Source: Sporopachydermia quercuum
Taxonomy: Eukaryota
Direction: 5' to 3'
Length of the DNA stretch: 64,000 bases
NCBI GenBank assembly: GCA_001599295.1
Contig: BCGN01000008.1
Coordinates: forward strand, 1,178,001-1,242,000
Positions 35,186-46,634 of the stretch are shown here, in pieces (position 1 is the first letter of the stretch; the number at the start of each line of letters is the position of its first letter). The notes under the pieces are model-generated. The model saw only the letters and a program-made list of their open reading frames with translations, made no database searches and was not told where the DNA came from. A program made the translations under genes and the position numbers.

Positions 35186-36850
35186 TTATTTTTTTGATCT
35201 AATCATGATCGGATCATAGCTTTTCACTTTGTGGCTTTTCCCTCCTAGAGGGTCAGTAAGGTTAAATCCTGCAGGATTAGGCGTGGCAGTATAGCTTTTT
35301 GAAAGAGGTGCAGCACTATGGCTTAGTGAATCATTTCTACGATCATCAGATATTAACCGATACGAACTGACAAAAATCCCACTACCAAGAATGGGAACTG
35401 CGCTGGAATTAAGGTTGGAAAAGCCCCAAGATCGGTCAAAAGCTAACGGAGGATCGTCCACTCGGGGTCGGGTTGAATCTAGTAAGCTTGTACCGTACGT
35501 TAATCTATTTGAAGTCGAGCCTTCGGTACAAGGAGACCGAATTTCACTATACAGACGGGGTTGCTGCGGAGAATATCCGGTATAATTGGAAGTGGATTCG
35601 GCAACTAAATTGTTTAAGCTGTGCCGAGATCCGATATCAATTCCGCTATCTGTGTTTGTTTGGAATTCCTCAGAGGATTGCCTTGTCAATTGTGGTTGAT
35701 CCGTCGTTGCTGTGGCCGCAGTAGATGTGGTTGATAGTAGAAAAGCTGATTCCGCTTCTTCTACGTAAATTTCTTGCTCCCTTTTCAAGTTCTGTGGGGA
35801 ACTAGTAACTAAATACACTCCGCAAAACGTCAATAAACAACCTGAAGAGAACTCCACCAATTGGATACCCGTTTTGTCCTCAAAATCTCGGTAAATCAAT
35901 CCCGAAGCTAACATTACCGATAGCGTGAAGAACGTGAAATGCACGGGAATAACCGTAGTTGATCCAAATATCTGTAACACTCTATTCAGATATTTTATTT
36001 GTAGCACGGCTGTTACTATAGCAACCATTGCTAATAGATAGAACCTAAAATCGGTAACGGAAACCCAAAAATTAAAGCTAATTAATGTACTAAGTGCTTT
36101 ACTGGAAATGGCTGTATATGCACCAAAAATAGCAACTGTCACTAAATCTATAATCAGAAACATAGCTCCTGGAGTTTTCGTATTCTGCGATTGTAACTTC
36201 GGATGATAACTCCGAAGCTGTGATAGAAGTATGATGAGTAGGGAAACCGTCATTACTACGTAAGCTCTGCATTGAATTGTGTTGAAAGCGGAATAAACCC
36301 AGTCAGGATCATTTGGAAAGTTGCCATGGTTCGGATCAGAAGAGGAGTTTCCGGAAGATATTAGAATTAGTAATATTCCTAGACCAGAAAAACTCACTCC
36401 GAGAATATCCACACAATACACAGATTCGTTAAATATTAATGGAGCAATAACACAGTTGGATATTATAGTTACTACACCTAAAGGGGAAACGACGGAAGCG
36501 GGGGCAAAACCATAAGCAACAAAGTTTCCGATTTCACCCATAGTCATCAGAATCATTCCGAACCACCATAATCCGGATTTCAAATAAGGTTCCGATTCAT
36601 AGGAAGCCTCGACTTCCGTCTCCGTTACTGGTCCCGTTATTGGCACCGGCTTGGGTCGAGACAACATTTGATGGGCATACCGTTGAATATTTATAGCAAA
36701 ACTGATCAAAACATTGCCGATCATAGAGCATAGAACTCCAATGACTATATCCGAATCCCCCGTTAATTCCATGCTTTGATAGATCGGAGATCTGCCCAAA
36801 ATTGTTAGACTTTCGGATGTCTGAAGTGAAGATATGCTTGTCGTAGTCAT
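35186..36850 (-). CDS. NIPA/DUF803 family magnesium transporter
   Basis: PYLKSGLWWFGMILMTMGEIGNFVAYGFAPASVVSPLG, QIKYLNRVL and VIPVHF motifs; multiple TM helices. Confidence 0.9.
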   Translation of the reverse strand: MTTTSISSLQTSESLTILGRSPIYQSMELTGDSDIVIGVLCSMIGNVLISFAINIQRYAHQMLSRPKPVPITGPVTETEVEASYESEPYLKSGLWWFGMILMTMGEIGNFVAYGFAPASVVSPLGVVTIISNCVIAPLIFNESVYCVDILGVSFSGLGILLILISSGNSSSDPNHGNFPNDPDWVYSAFNTIQCRAYVVMTVSLLIILLSQLRSYHPKLQSQNTKTPGAMFLIIDLVTVAIFGAYTAISSKALSTLISFNFWVSVTDFRFYLLAMVAIVTAVLQIKYLNRVLQIFGSTTVIPVHFTFFTLSVMLASGLIYRDFEDKTGIQLVEFSSGCLLTFCGVYLVTSSPQNLKREQEIYVEEAESAFLLSTTSTAATATTDQPQLTRQSSEEFQTNTDSGIDIGSRHSLNNLVAESTSNYTGYSPQQPRLYSEIRSPCTEGSTSNRLTYGTSLLDSTRPRVDDPPLAFDRSWGFSNLNSSAVPILGSGIFVSSYRLISDDRRNDSLSHSAAPLSKSYTATPNPAGFNLTDPLGGKSHKVKSYDPIMIRSKK

Positions 36851-37606
36851 TATAGTAGATTATGGCAGATTTCCATCATTCTTAGCGTTTATTTCGACTA
36901 AATTCGATGATATATTATGAGAAAGAAAATGAATACTGAATGCACTGATTTCCGTTCTCGGCAGAGTTTCGGAATATCTAAACTAAATTTTTACTTCTTC
37001 ATAAGAGTTCAAACCTTCTTTAATTGCATATCTTACTTAAAAACAGAGAATTGACCCTCTGTTTAATATACATCAAAGATATTACCGGTGATTAGTGACA
37101 AGAAATGTTAGCTCACGGAGATTTAGATCAGATATTGATAACGGAAATAATGAGATTTTTTGGGTATTAAGATTAAGGTTCAAGTATTTTTGAGAGTAAG
37201 AAAGGGCTCATGCACCTCTTAGCTAGAGCTTAAAGTGTAATTCTTTTAATAGAAAACAACCTAACATAATAATAGATAGATTAACAAGTGTAATATATAA
37301 GGTGGGTGAGTCTGGTGAGCATTGTTATCAGAAGAAACCTTTTGATCATTTGCCATTGTACCTTTCAGATATTGACTACTATATGAATATATAAATATAA
37401 GTATAGTCTCAGTTGATGACTGTTATAATACTAGTAATATTTACTAGAGAATGAATTGTTGATTATCTAGTTCTACAGTATTTATTTAAAATAGCTCGTT
37501 ACAAGGCCATTGTTGGAGATAAACCTCGGATATAGTCAGTTTGAACTACAATCTATTTTTTTATCCACCATTCAACCAATAACATTATTCACTACTATTA
37601 TTGAAA

Positions 37607-37912
37607 ATGTCTGCCAAAGATAGTAATAATGACAGTACTCAGAGTACTACAGAGCGATCTGATCCGCAACCTGTGAGTCGTACTAATATCAATGATATTG
37701 ATCCTAAAGATCTGTTAGTTCAAGTTGGTGATCAGTTCATACCATTTAGTGAACTACCTAGGAAACCTCATACTCCTAGTCTTCCTTACTTGCAATCACA
37801 TTCAAATACGCAAAGGACGGATCAATTACATCAACGGACCGATGGAAGCCCACAACATTTAAATAATGGTTCAGGTGTATTAGGATTTGATAAACGACCA
37901 ACTGGTAATTGA
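37607..37912 (+). CDS. Small hydrophilic hypothetical protein (101 aa)
   Basis: ATG in strong yeast context (AAAATGTCT); occupies its own intergenic space; no recognisable domain. Confidence 0.5.
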   Translation: MSAKDSNNDSTQSTTERSDPQPVSRTNINDIDPKDLLVQVGDQFIPFSELPRKPHTPSLPYLQSHSNTQRTDQLHQRTDGSPQHLNNGSGVLGFDKRPTGN

Positions 37913-38697
37913 CAAGAGTAGCTTTAGCATTCTTTACAGTGCATATGTTCCATACTGTGTGTAAGGCTATTTTCTACTGGTTGAGGGAGTGAACAAAAAT
38001 TTCTGATAATACGGAGCACTCTATTAAATAGTAGGTTACTTTTGTTTGGTATTGTTTAATACTTAATATTTAATGAATTAATTGAATACTGGTTTGGTAC
38101 TTTCAAATCCATTCATACTTCACTTTATATATCATTGTTGGTTGGCAAAAGTTAGAAAGTGGAGTACCCTTTAGCAACTTCTTTCTTTGATACTTTATTC
38201 ATCGCTTGATAGCAAAAATATCAGTCTATTTATAAAATTAAGTATTTCTAGAATCGGGATTCACATCAATGCCAATCATTTAGATATCTTTTATCAAATA
38301 TTTTGCCCCATTTTCATTGTTTCTCCATCAGTTTCACTCAACTTGACTTAGCTCTATAGTCATATATCCTAAAAGGCAATTAACCTAACTGAGTATGCGC
38401 GTCATGAATTCTTAGAACAGATTAAACCATTTATCTATTCCTTTAATCAATCTATCCTTTCTTCTAAGTCTCCTTCAAAACAAATCTTCATAGATTTTGA
38501 CTACGACAATACTTTCATACACCTATCCACCATAATCTGAGAAATTACTACATACTTATTCATCTGCCAGTTTCCAACTAACTATCTCATCATTTGCTTC
38601 AAAGGAAGTAACCGCTCACCATCTTCTTCACTCTGGTGCAAGCTTCGCTTCATCTACGAACTCACAACCTAACTGACCTTCTCTCAACACAATCACA

Positions 38698-40464
38698 ATG
38701 GGATTCATCTCACTACCTAGAAGACTGTTAAGACAGGTCATTTACCTGATAATTCTTATCAGTCTTTTGGCTAGTCTGGTAACTTTGGTTGATCTTTTTT
38801 ACTACAGTGTGTTGCCAAACTCAATCCACTCAAAACTAGTTTATCATTCTCCTGATGAAGTTGTTATCGATATCAAAATTCAAGAATGTTTAAAGCTATC
38901 CAAGTGTGATGATGACTCTAAAGACAGCTCTTGGTATAAAATACCAAAAGATCTGAATTTGGATCAATCGTGGATAAAGAGGATATATCTATTCTCCAAA
39001 CGAGTGAAAATCACCGAATTAAAATTGGATGAAGATTTAGTAGTTCTTGATCTGACAACTGCTGCTGATGCTTCTGATTTTATTGTCGATCATCAGCACA
39101 CACCAAAATATGTTTGGGATGATGTAATGAAAACGGTTGAAAAAGGTTCAGACTTAAATATAAAAGATCTGCAAGAAGAAGAAATCCAGGATTATATAAG
39201 TGAAGCTGGCTGGAGCCCTGTCAACCGTGGCCTATGGGTCAAGAGAGGATTGTACAATACTTTAGCTTCAGTCACAGGGCTAGATGTATTATATGGAGTT
39301 GACGCTGTTGATCCAAGACCTCATTGGAGACTTGCTACTGGTAGGTTTGATACGAGTACAGATTCTAAGAATGAATTTATTCCTGCAAGATTGACATATC
39401 GTATTGGAACCAAAGATCCCATTCAAACGCCAGAGTTACGAATTAATGACCAAGGAAACTTCAAGATCCTTCAGGTATCAGATTTGCATTTTTCAACGGG
39501 AGTTGGTGTTTGTCGAGATCCATTTCCACCGGAAACAGCCAAAGACTGTGAAGCGGATCCTCGTACGCTTATATTCTTGAACAAAGTGCTTGATTTGGAA
39601 CAACCCGATTTTGTTGTTCTAACAGGAGATCAAGTAAATGATGGGGCAGTACCAGACTCCCAATCAGCTTTCTTTAAAGCTGTGGCTCCTTTNATTTCCC
39701 GCAAAATTCCCTTTGCTATCAATCTAGGAAACCATGACGATGAAGGTAGTCTTTCAAGAACAGAAATGATGACATTAGCATCATCATTACCTTATTCTCT
39801 TTCAAGTAAAGGTCCCGCGGATGTGGAAGGTGTTGGGAATTACCACCTACAAGTTCTAGCTCAGAAGAACAATCATCCAGCTATGACATTATACTTTCTA
39901 GATACCCATAAACTCTCTAGAACTCCCAAGACTAATCCAGGATATGATTGGATTCGATCTAGTCAGCTAAAATTTTTGAAAGCAACATTTGAAGAGCTGC
40001 TGCCATTCCAAAAAGAATATACACATATTCATACATCTATGGCATTTTTCCATATTCCGTTGACAGAATACCGTGATAGTTCAACACCATTCGTTGGTAA
40101 TTATAAAGAAGGGTGCACAGCTCCTAAATCTAACTCAGGAGCTCGAGACTTACTAGCCGATATAGGAGTTTCTGTTGTTTCTGTGGGCCATGACCATGCT
40201 AACGATTTTTGTATGTTTAGTGAAAAAGAAAATGGAGAAGGTCCGGATTCTAAGAAGTCTAAAATCTGGTTATGTCATGGTGGAGCAGCTGGAGAAGGAG
40301 GATATGGAGGCTACGGAGGATTTTCAAGAAGAGTTAGGTTATTCCAACTGGATACGCAGTCTAATACTATAACTAGTTGGAAACGAGTTGAAGGTTCTGA
40401 AGATGATATGTTAGATAATCAAATACTTGTGTCTGGCGGAGTACCTGTTTATAATGTTGATTAA
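38698..40464 (+). CDS. DCR2: Calcineurin-like metallophosphoesterase (Dcr2/Sia1 family) with N-terminal signal anchor
   Basis: VLYGVDAVDPRP, FKILQVSDLHFSTG, LTGDQ, GNHDDEG, FFHIPL.EY, GHDHANDFC motifs. Confidence 0.88.
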   Translation: MGFISLPRRLLRQVIYLIILISLLASLVTLVDLFYYSVLPNSIHSKLVYHSPDEVVIDIKIQECLKLSKCDDDSKDSSWYKIPKDLNLDQSWIKRIYLFSKRVKITELKLDEDLVVLDLTTAADASDFIVDHQHTPKYVWDDVMKTVEKGSDLNIKDLQEEEIQDYISEAGWSPVNRGLWVKRGLYNTLASVTGLDVLYGVDAVDPRPHWRLATGRFDTSTDSKNEFIPARLTYRIGTKDPIQTPELRINDQGNFKILQVSDLHFSTGVGVCRDPFPPETAKDCEADPRTLIFLNKVLDLEQPDFVVLTGDQVNDGAVPDSQSAFFKAVAPXISRKIPFAINLGNHDDEGSLSRTEMMTLASSLPYSLSSKGPADVEGVGNYHLQVLAQKNNHPAMTLYFLDTHKLSRTPKTNPGYDWIRSSQLKFLKATFEELLPFQKEYTHIHTSMAFFHIPLTEYRDSSTPFVGNYKEGCTAPKSNSGARDLLADIGVSVVSVGHDHANDFCMFSEKENGEGPDSKKSKIWLCHGGAAGEGGYGGYGGFSRRVRLFQLDTQSNTITSWKRVEGSEDDMLDNQILVSGGVPVYNVD

Positions 40465-40984
40465 ATGTACTTTTGATAATTTGGCTGAATTTATATATGA
40501 TATTTGGATTAGTATATATGACTTGGGTAAGATAAATATATTTTATGGTGTTGGTTTATACTGACTAGAAAAAAAGGTGTAGATATTAGAATTCGACGAA
40601 ATATATTGATGGTAATGATAGACCAAAGAGTGAACATGCTCTATACAAAATACAACTAAACAGGCTATCTATGGAGTATTTGATGTAAGTGAACATTNTG
40701 ATAAACTAATTATTTGGAACCCCAATAGTACTATTCACATAACTTATTCGGCTATCATTAATTTTCCTTCCTTTATTCATAGAGTAAATAAGATACAAAG
40801 TTAGGCTAGATAAGTTTACTGTGATATGTGAATTACATCGATTTGGCTGTTGGGATTTACGAGCGAAAAGTAAAGCTATGTTTTATACAAACAAACCACA
40901 GCGGCTGTTGGGAAAGATAAGAAACAAACAGGCTATAATAGAAGCTAATTAAGTGGCAATTTGAATATAAGTAATATAAATAGA

Positions 40985-41160
40985 TGGATAAAATCCTTCC
41001 ACTATTAATAATAATAATAATAATAGCTAGAAGAACATTTAACGGTATATAGAGACTACAAGAAAATATACAAAAAAAATATGTAATTATTGATATTGTA
41101 AACAATAACTTATTTTCATGGATTCAAGCGTTCAAGTTACAGAGGGGTCTTCTGAAGATA
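40985..41160 (+). repeat. Dispersed ~175 bp repeat, copy A (inverted relative to 55123-55295)
   Basis: Hand alignment to the reverse complement of 55123-55295 gives about 16 substitutions plus one 3 bp indel in an (AAT)n tract. Confidence 0.92.
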
Positions 41161-41696
41161 AAAAATCCCAAAAGTCCCTAACAAAAATTAACCACGTGAC
41201 CGGATTTTCCATCATACATTTTCTCCCTAACTAACTAACAATCATTTCCGGTATTCTTTTTCATTAATTTGTTCTGATCCTTTCTAAGAACTTCATACAA
41301 AATAAACCCCATCCTGCCAAAGGAATACATTTTGATAAATATGTGAGAACCTCTAGTTGATATAAAACATCAATTCATCACTAAAAATAGATAATTGATA
41401 GGAAAGAAAGAGTTTGATCTTGCTATTTCATGTCTAATAATTTATACATTTTGCTTAATTGTATTCATTCATTGGATTACCATATTATATGTCAACATAT
41501 GGTGTCTGTCAGCTGCCATTGATCAATCATCATTCTTCTTAACATAGATTAACAACAATCAATCATTCATTTCAGCATACCTATTAACTAAATAAACACA
41601 AGAATTTTATCAATCAATAGCAACAACTCTCAACTGAAGATTCAAATAGCGTCAGGCTCTTTCTCATTAATATAACTTAAACCAATTATATCCAAA

Positions 41697-42579
41697 ATGT
41701 CATCTAGTACAAGACCAGCTCAGAAAGAGGGTGCGAAATCTAACATAAGTGAACCACCAGCAAAGCCACAAGTCAGCACCAATGCACTAGATTTACTTCT
41801 TATAGAAATAGTTCCACTGGCAATAAGAGTTACGCAGGATTTGGAATCATTAAGCATACAGAAAAGTGTGATAGATAAACCTGGAGAGATAGCTAATGCT
41901 GCATGGCATTCTGGTGGTGTAGAATACCTTGATAGTCCGATGATCAACAATGACGATGTAATATATAGAATTGAAACATATGGATTCAATGTTGGGAAAA
42001 GATTAGCAGATGTTTTATCGCAGGAAGCAGATCTTTTTGAAGAACCGTTAGATGTTATGAAATTCTTATGCCGAGATGTTTGGAAGGTTTTATATGGGAA
42101 ACAAATGGACAATTTACGTACCAATCATAGAGTAAGTTGACGGTTATATCAGTTGATGTTAGGTGCTTGATTTGATAAGTCGTTTGGTATAGGGTTCGGA
42201 ATTAATATTTTTCGAATCTAACAATTGTAATCTTTAGGGAACGTTCGTACTTATAGATAACGATTTCAAGGTATTTGCCAATATGAGTATTAAAGGTGGA
42301 AATAAAGAATTATTGAAGAAATCTCAACCGGTAGGTGTTTGGTTCTTGTTATTATCTGTGCTGTTATTGGTATATTCTTAGTAATAGCATCTGTTTGTTG
42401 TTTTCACTTTGATGTTATCTTACTCAAACTAATCTAACAATCTCATTTAGTATCTACATTTTCCATGTGGAATAATCAAAGGAATTCTTGATAAGCTGGG
42501 CATAGCTGCTATAGTAGCCGCAGACTGCCAACAAATACCGGTGGTNAATTTCAACATTAGAACTAGTTTATATGGATAA
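41697..42579 (+). CDS. TRS33: TRAPP complex subunit Trs33 (TRAPPC6), 3 exons
   Basis: Exons 41697-42131, 42238-42330, 42451-42579. Introns GTAAGT..ATCTAAC..TAG and GTAGGT..ATCTAAC..TAG. Spliced protein reads KQMDNLRTNHR|GTFVLID...SQP|YLHFPCGIIKG. Confidence 0.93.
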
Positions 42580-42853
42580 GCGTAATAACAATTGATGCCA
42601 TTCAATCCTACGGAATCCTCATGTTAAACACAGCAGATATTCTTTCCCCTCCTTCTTCAAATATATATGACGAAAAGACTTCAACATATTACATTCAATT
42701 TACTTGCCCCTTTTGACAGTCTTTTTCAAGTGTGTATTATATATTTAACTCAAACTGATGGCACTTATTCCAGACTTTCTTGAAAATGCTGTATAGTATT
42801 ATTATGATTATCTCCTTCTTTTCCTGATTATCATACTTTGTTTTCTTTATTAG

Positions 42854-43663
42854 CTACCGAAGCCATTCTGGAGCTTCCTCAGAATTGATCACAAATGAGC
42901 TAGCATCAAACTCCTATAAATCGCTAGGTTAATAAGATTCAAATCATTTGAATGGACCATCAAACATCGATCAAAGACCAACCAATAAGGAGAACCAAAT
43001 ACATACTTCTATCAATAGCTCAACCAAAACTCTTCCTCCACGAGATCCTGTAAATCTTCTATACTCTTCAGAAACACTATGGGAAAGAAAAGTTAGTAAC
43101 CTAACAAAAATGAACCTAACATTATCGCCAAAAAAAAAAAAATTTACTACAATAACGTACCTTGCCATATTCCAACCTTGAACCCTTCTTAAACAACCTA
43201 TCACAGTGCCAGTGCGATGTCTTCCCATACCACAACAAACTAACAAAGGATATGAGTCTTTCTCCGTTATTATTCTTAAAGCTTGTGTTATACTCGCTCT
43301 GCTTAACCCATCCCATGGATTACCTCCGTCAGGGTTAATCCCTAGAAAATGGACATTAATATCTTCCTCATCAGCGAACTGTAGAAATGTATCACTTGGT
43401 TCTTCTGCTGCTAGCCACAATATAGTTTTTAACTTTAGCTGTCGTAGAAATGGATGATTTATTGGTGCTGGTTGTCCTGATCTATAAAGCTGACTTTCCA
43501 CTGTACAGAAATTCAATGGTGGAACTACTCTGATTGCTGGTGGTTTCTGAATTTTAACTATATTTGAATTTGCATTTGAATTCGAATCAACAGACAAGGA
43601 TTTTTCTGCTTCGTTTCGATTTTCCAAATTTCGTTCTATCATTCTGATTTCTATTTTATGCAT
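42854..43663 (-). CDS. OCA1: Siw14/Oca-family dual-specificity phosphatase, 3 exons
   Basis: Exons 43663-43161, 43076-43007, 42913-42854; introns 84 nt (GTACGT) and 93 nt (GTATGT). [59 protein letters not shown]. Confidence 0.92.
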
Positions 43664-44333
43664 GTGAATATAATATGAATGGAATTATGATGCTGCTTTA
43701 ATCAGAATAATAGATTGTGCGTAGTTCGTTCATAAGAATGCAGTCTCGAGAGGTATGGTTTCGAACCTTTATCTGCCTTGGAAATGTTTGATTGATGATA
43801 GACAATTATTTGAACTGTTGACGATGTTTGCTCTACTATAATAATCATTAAATANCAACAGCGATTGAAGTATATATCGTTAACATAATATGAATATATT
43901 AATTTACTGAATTACTGAAAGACTTGCTGACGATATTACAGCACATAATTGTACAGTCAGTAAACTTGTCTTCCAATAATGATTAGCAGGTGTGAGTGAG
44001 AATGAAGAACGTGCTTGTAAGGTTCGGAGATTATGCTATCATATCCGTAGTGTCAAAATGTTTTCCGTTGTGCCAACTAGCCCTATAAAGGGAAATCAAC
44101 TTAACATATCTCCTCCACTTAACAATTATTCTTTATAAGCCTAGTTGTTTCATTTATTGGACTCATAAAAGAATAATTAATGAAGAATAAATCAGCATGG
44201 AGTTCTATTAGAATATTTCATTACATATTCCGGATAATAGCAATCAAACAAGATGGTTCCATTTTCTTTTCCCACTATTAATGATTTAAACATCTATATA
44301 TATATCATATCAAGTATCAATCTCAATCCTACT

Positions 44334-46121
44334 TCAATATCCCCACAACCTAACAGCTATTCGAGACCTCCGTATATCAGGCCTTAAAGACAAAACCGTG
44401 TTTTTCCATTCACTTAAGCCGTTCTTATACTCTTCTACAATCTCATTATTCGATGAAGAGCAATCGCTCAAAAGAAAACTCGACAGTACATTTGAAATGT
44501 CGTTAAAAACCTCTGATATACAATCAACATAAGAACGAAAGACATTGGTTAGTAAACGAGCCATATAACAATTTAATAGTTCCAATTCATCTTTTAGAAT
44601 GTTGTCCAGTTTAATGAATTCGTCAGCTTCTTCAATTACTTGACTACCTAACCCTTCAGATTCCTTAATCCAATCAACCAGTTTACCGGAAACTGAATTC
44701 TTCGCTGCTTTCTTCACAGTGTCTTGAGAATTCATAACAAAATAGAAACCGCTTTTTTGGCCTAAAACATTCCTCATCAAAATATACGATTTTTCAAGCT
44801 TCTGGCGTCGTTTTAGAACCATCCATGAGTTCTTAGCCATAGTGATGCCTAAATCAACAAGACCTAACAACATGTATACTCTTTTCCACTGGCCGTTGAT
44901 TATCACCGTCTGGAGTTCACCCAAACGTTCTTCCAGTCTTCTACATTTCTTGCTATGAACACTGTTTCCTGCACTGCTGCCAGTAAGATTATATGTCTGT
45001 TCCCATAGAGAAATCAGCTGTCCGAGCTTCAAATTTATTCCATCAATTACAGGCATAGAATCTTTCAATTGTTGCTGGAATATAAATAAACGTTCAATAT
45101 TACTTTTAAGCATACTACAATTATTAATAAATTTCTCATCATCTCCTTTGATCTGTAATTTGAACTGTTCCTCAAAATTCTGTTCTATTGCTCCTAGCTT
45201 TTCGTTCATTATTCTCAACCACGAATCAAATAACAGCTTTACAGCTTTAATTTCTCCTACTTCATTTTCATCATAACTTAACAGTTCAGATGAAGTTATT
45301 ATACGATCAAGAAGCAGAGTATAGTGAACAATTCTTTGTATTGGCTTTGCAATTAGTAGATCAAGTGACCATACTTGATCAGATGTACTAAACGAAAGCG
45401 CACATTCATTCAACCAATTAGTAACATTTCTTCCTCTATATTTTCTCAAGTATCGTAATCTTTTGACCTGGTTAAAATGATTCTCACAATATCTTTCGTA
45501 CTTTCCAGAGATACCTGTATAGTGACTTCTCAGTATATTAGCTAATCTATGAAGGAATCCTGGTACATGAATCTCACATCCTTCGATATTCATCAGAGCC
45601 ATGCAAACTTTTAGATCTCGTATGAATAATTCTCCTTTTTCTATCAGTTCCTCGATATTACAGAAAATATCAACTTGGTCTTTTTGACTCAGAATACCAA
45701 AATACTTAGGAGATATTAGATACTCTTTATATTTAAGTATCTGCCGAAGCATATAATTGTAATTTTCTTCTGTTGATAGTAGATCTGTATAAGCGCTTGT
45801 GAATGTAATTTGAGACTTTCTTCTTTTATTGTTGTCTATTGTTTCTGCTTGCTGCGGATTATGGGTGTCCGTGAATTTCTCATATTCAAACCCTGGTACG
45901 GGATTGGCAACTTCCAAATTGAAACAGCCTTGTTTCGTAGTATTATAATGGGAAAAACAATCGTTATCTTCATAAAAGCTACTTGATTCGCTCAGAGCTT
46001 CTGAGACAACTCTTACATGCTTTCTGTTGAATTGTCTTTTAGTATCTTGTGAGAACGTTCGGCCATGGTGATAGTCTTTTCTTAAGTAAGCAAAAGGATC
46101 TACTGTAGTGTTTTCATTCAT
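44334..46121 (-). CDS. Dbl-homology (RhoGEF) domain protein with coiled/BAR-like C-terminus, Fus2-like
   Basis: DLLSTEENY...IFCNIEELI...YERYCENH...LDLLIAKPIQRIVHYTLLLDRI DH signature; orthology uncertain. Confidence 0.75.
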   Translation of the reverse strand: MNENTTVDPFAYLRKDYHHGRTFSQDTKRQFNRKHVRVVSEALSESSSFYEDNDCFSHYNTTKQGCFNLEVANPVPGFEYEKFTDTHNPQQAETIDNNKRRKSQITFTSAYTDLLSTEENYNYMLRQILKYKEYLISPKYFGILSQKDQVDIFCNIEELIEKGELFIRDLKVCMALMNIEGCEIHVPGFLHRLANILRSHYTGISGKYERYCENHFNQVKRLRYLRKYRGRNVTNWLNECALSFSTSDQVWSLDLLIAKPIQRIVHYTLLLDRIITSSELLSYDENEVGEIKAVKLLFDSWLRIMNEKLGAIEQNFEEQFKLQIKGDDEKFINNCSMLKSNIERLFIFQQQLKDSMPVIDGINLKLGQLISLWEQTYNLTGSSAGNSVHSKKCRRLEERLGELQTVIINGQWKRVYMLLGLVDLGITMAKNSWMVLKRRQKLEKSYILMRNVLGQKSGFYFVMNSQDTVKKAAKNSVSGKLVDWIKESEGLGSQVIEEADEFIKLDNILKDELELLNCYMARLLTNVFRSYVDCISEVFNDISNVLSSFLLSDCSSSNNEIVEEYKNGLSEWKNTVLSLRPDIRRSRIAVRLWGY

Positions 46122-46634
46122 CAGTAAAAGAGATTGAGTAAATTAATGCGTATATATTTTGGCCAATAGGTTAATATTTCAATTACCCTGATATGAAGAT
46201 GTGTGAATTCAATGATATAGCAAGCAAGAAAATAGGCAAGAAACTGCTATTATGCTTGCATGATAAGGGGATCAGATGTTTAAGTATCATGAAGATCCAT
46301 AAGTTATAAATACTCGGCTAATTGAAAGTCCTTCAAAACAGTGTGGTAGTTGCAATAATGCTCTAATAGTCAACTGTATGATTATTCAACCATTCAATTC
46401 ATTGAATCTCTACAAATGTTTCATAATCGTTTGGACCAGGAATTAAAATTTATGCATGGTTTATGCCATTGCAGATTTAATGCAATACATGCATATAGTG
46501 CATAAAATTTGAACTTTAACCCCAAAACCAAAACACAACCTCTTTAATTTCTACTGCCTTCCCCCTTTTAGCAAATTTACTCCCCCCAAATCAAGAATTC
46601 TGCATGATTTGATAGGATGGATGCATAAATTTAT

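Noticed and set aside
40857..41105. Short hydrophobic ORFs 40857-41105(-) and 55061-55333(+) with similar peptides
   Set aside because: The similarity comes from the shared DNA repeat; non-ATG starts and AT-rich composition indicate spurious ORFs
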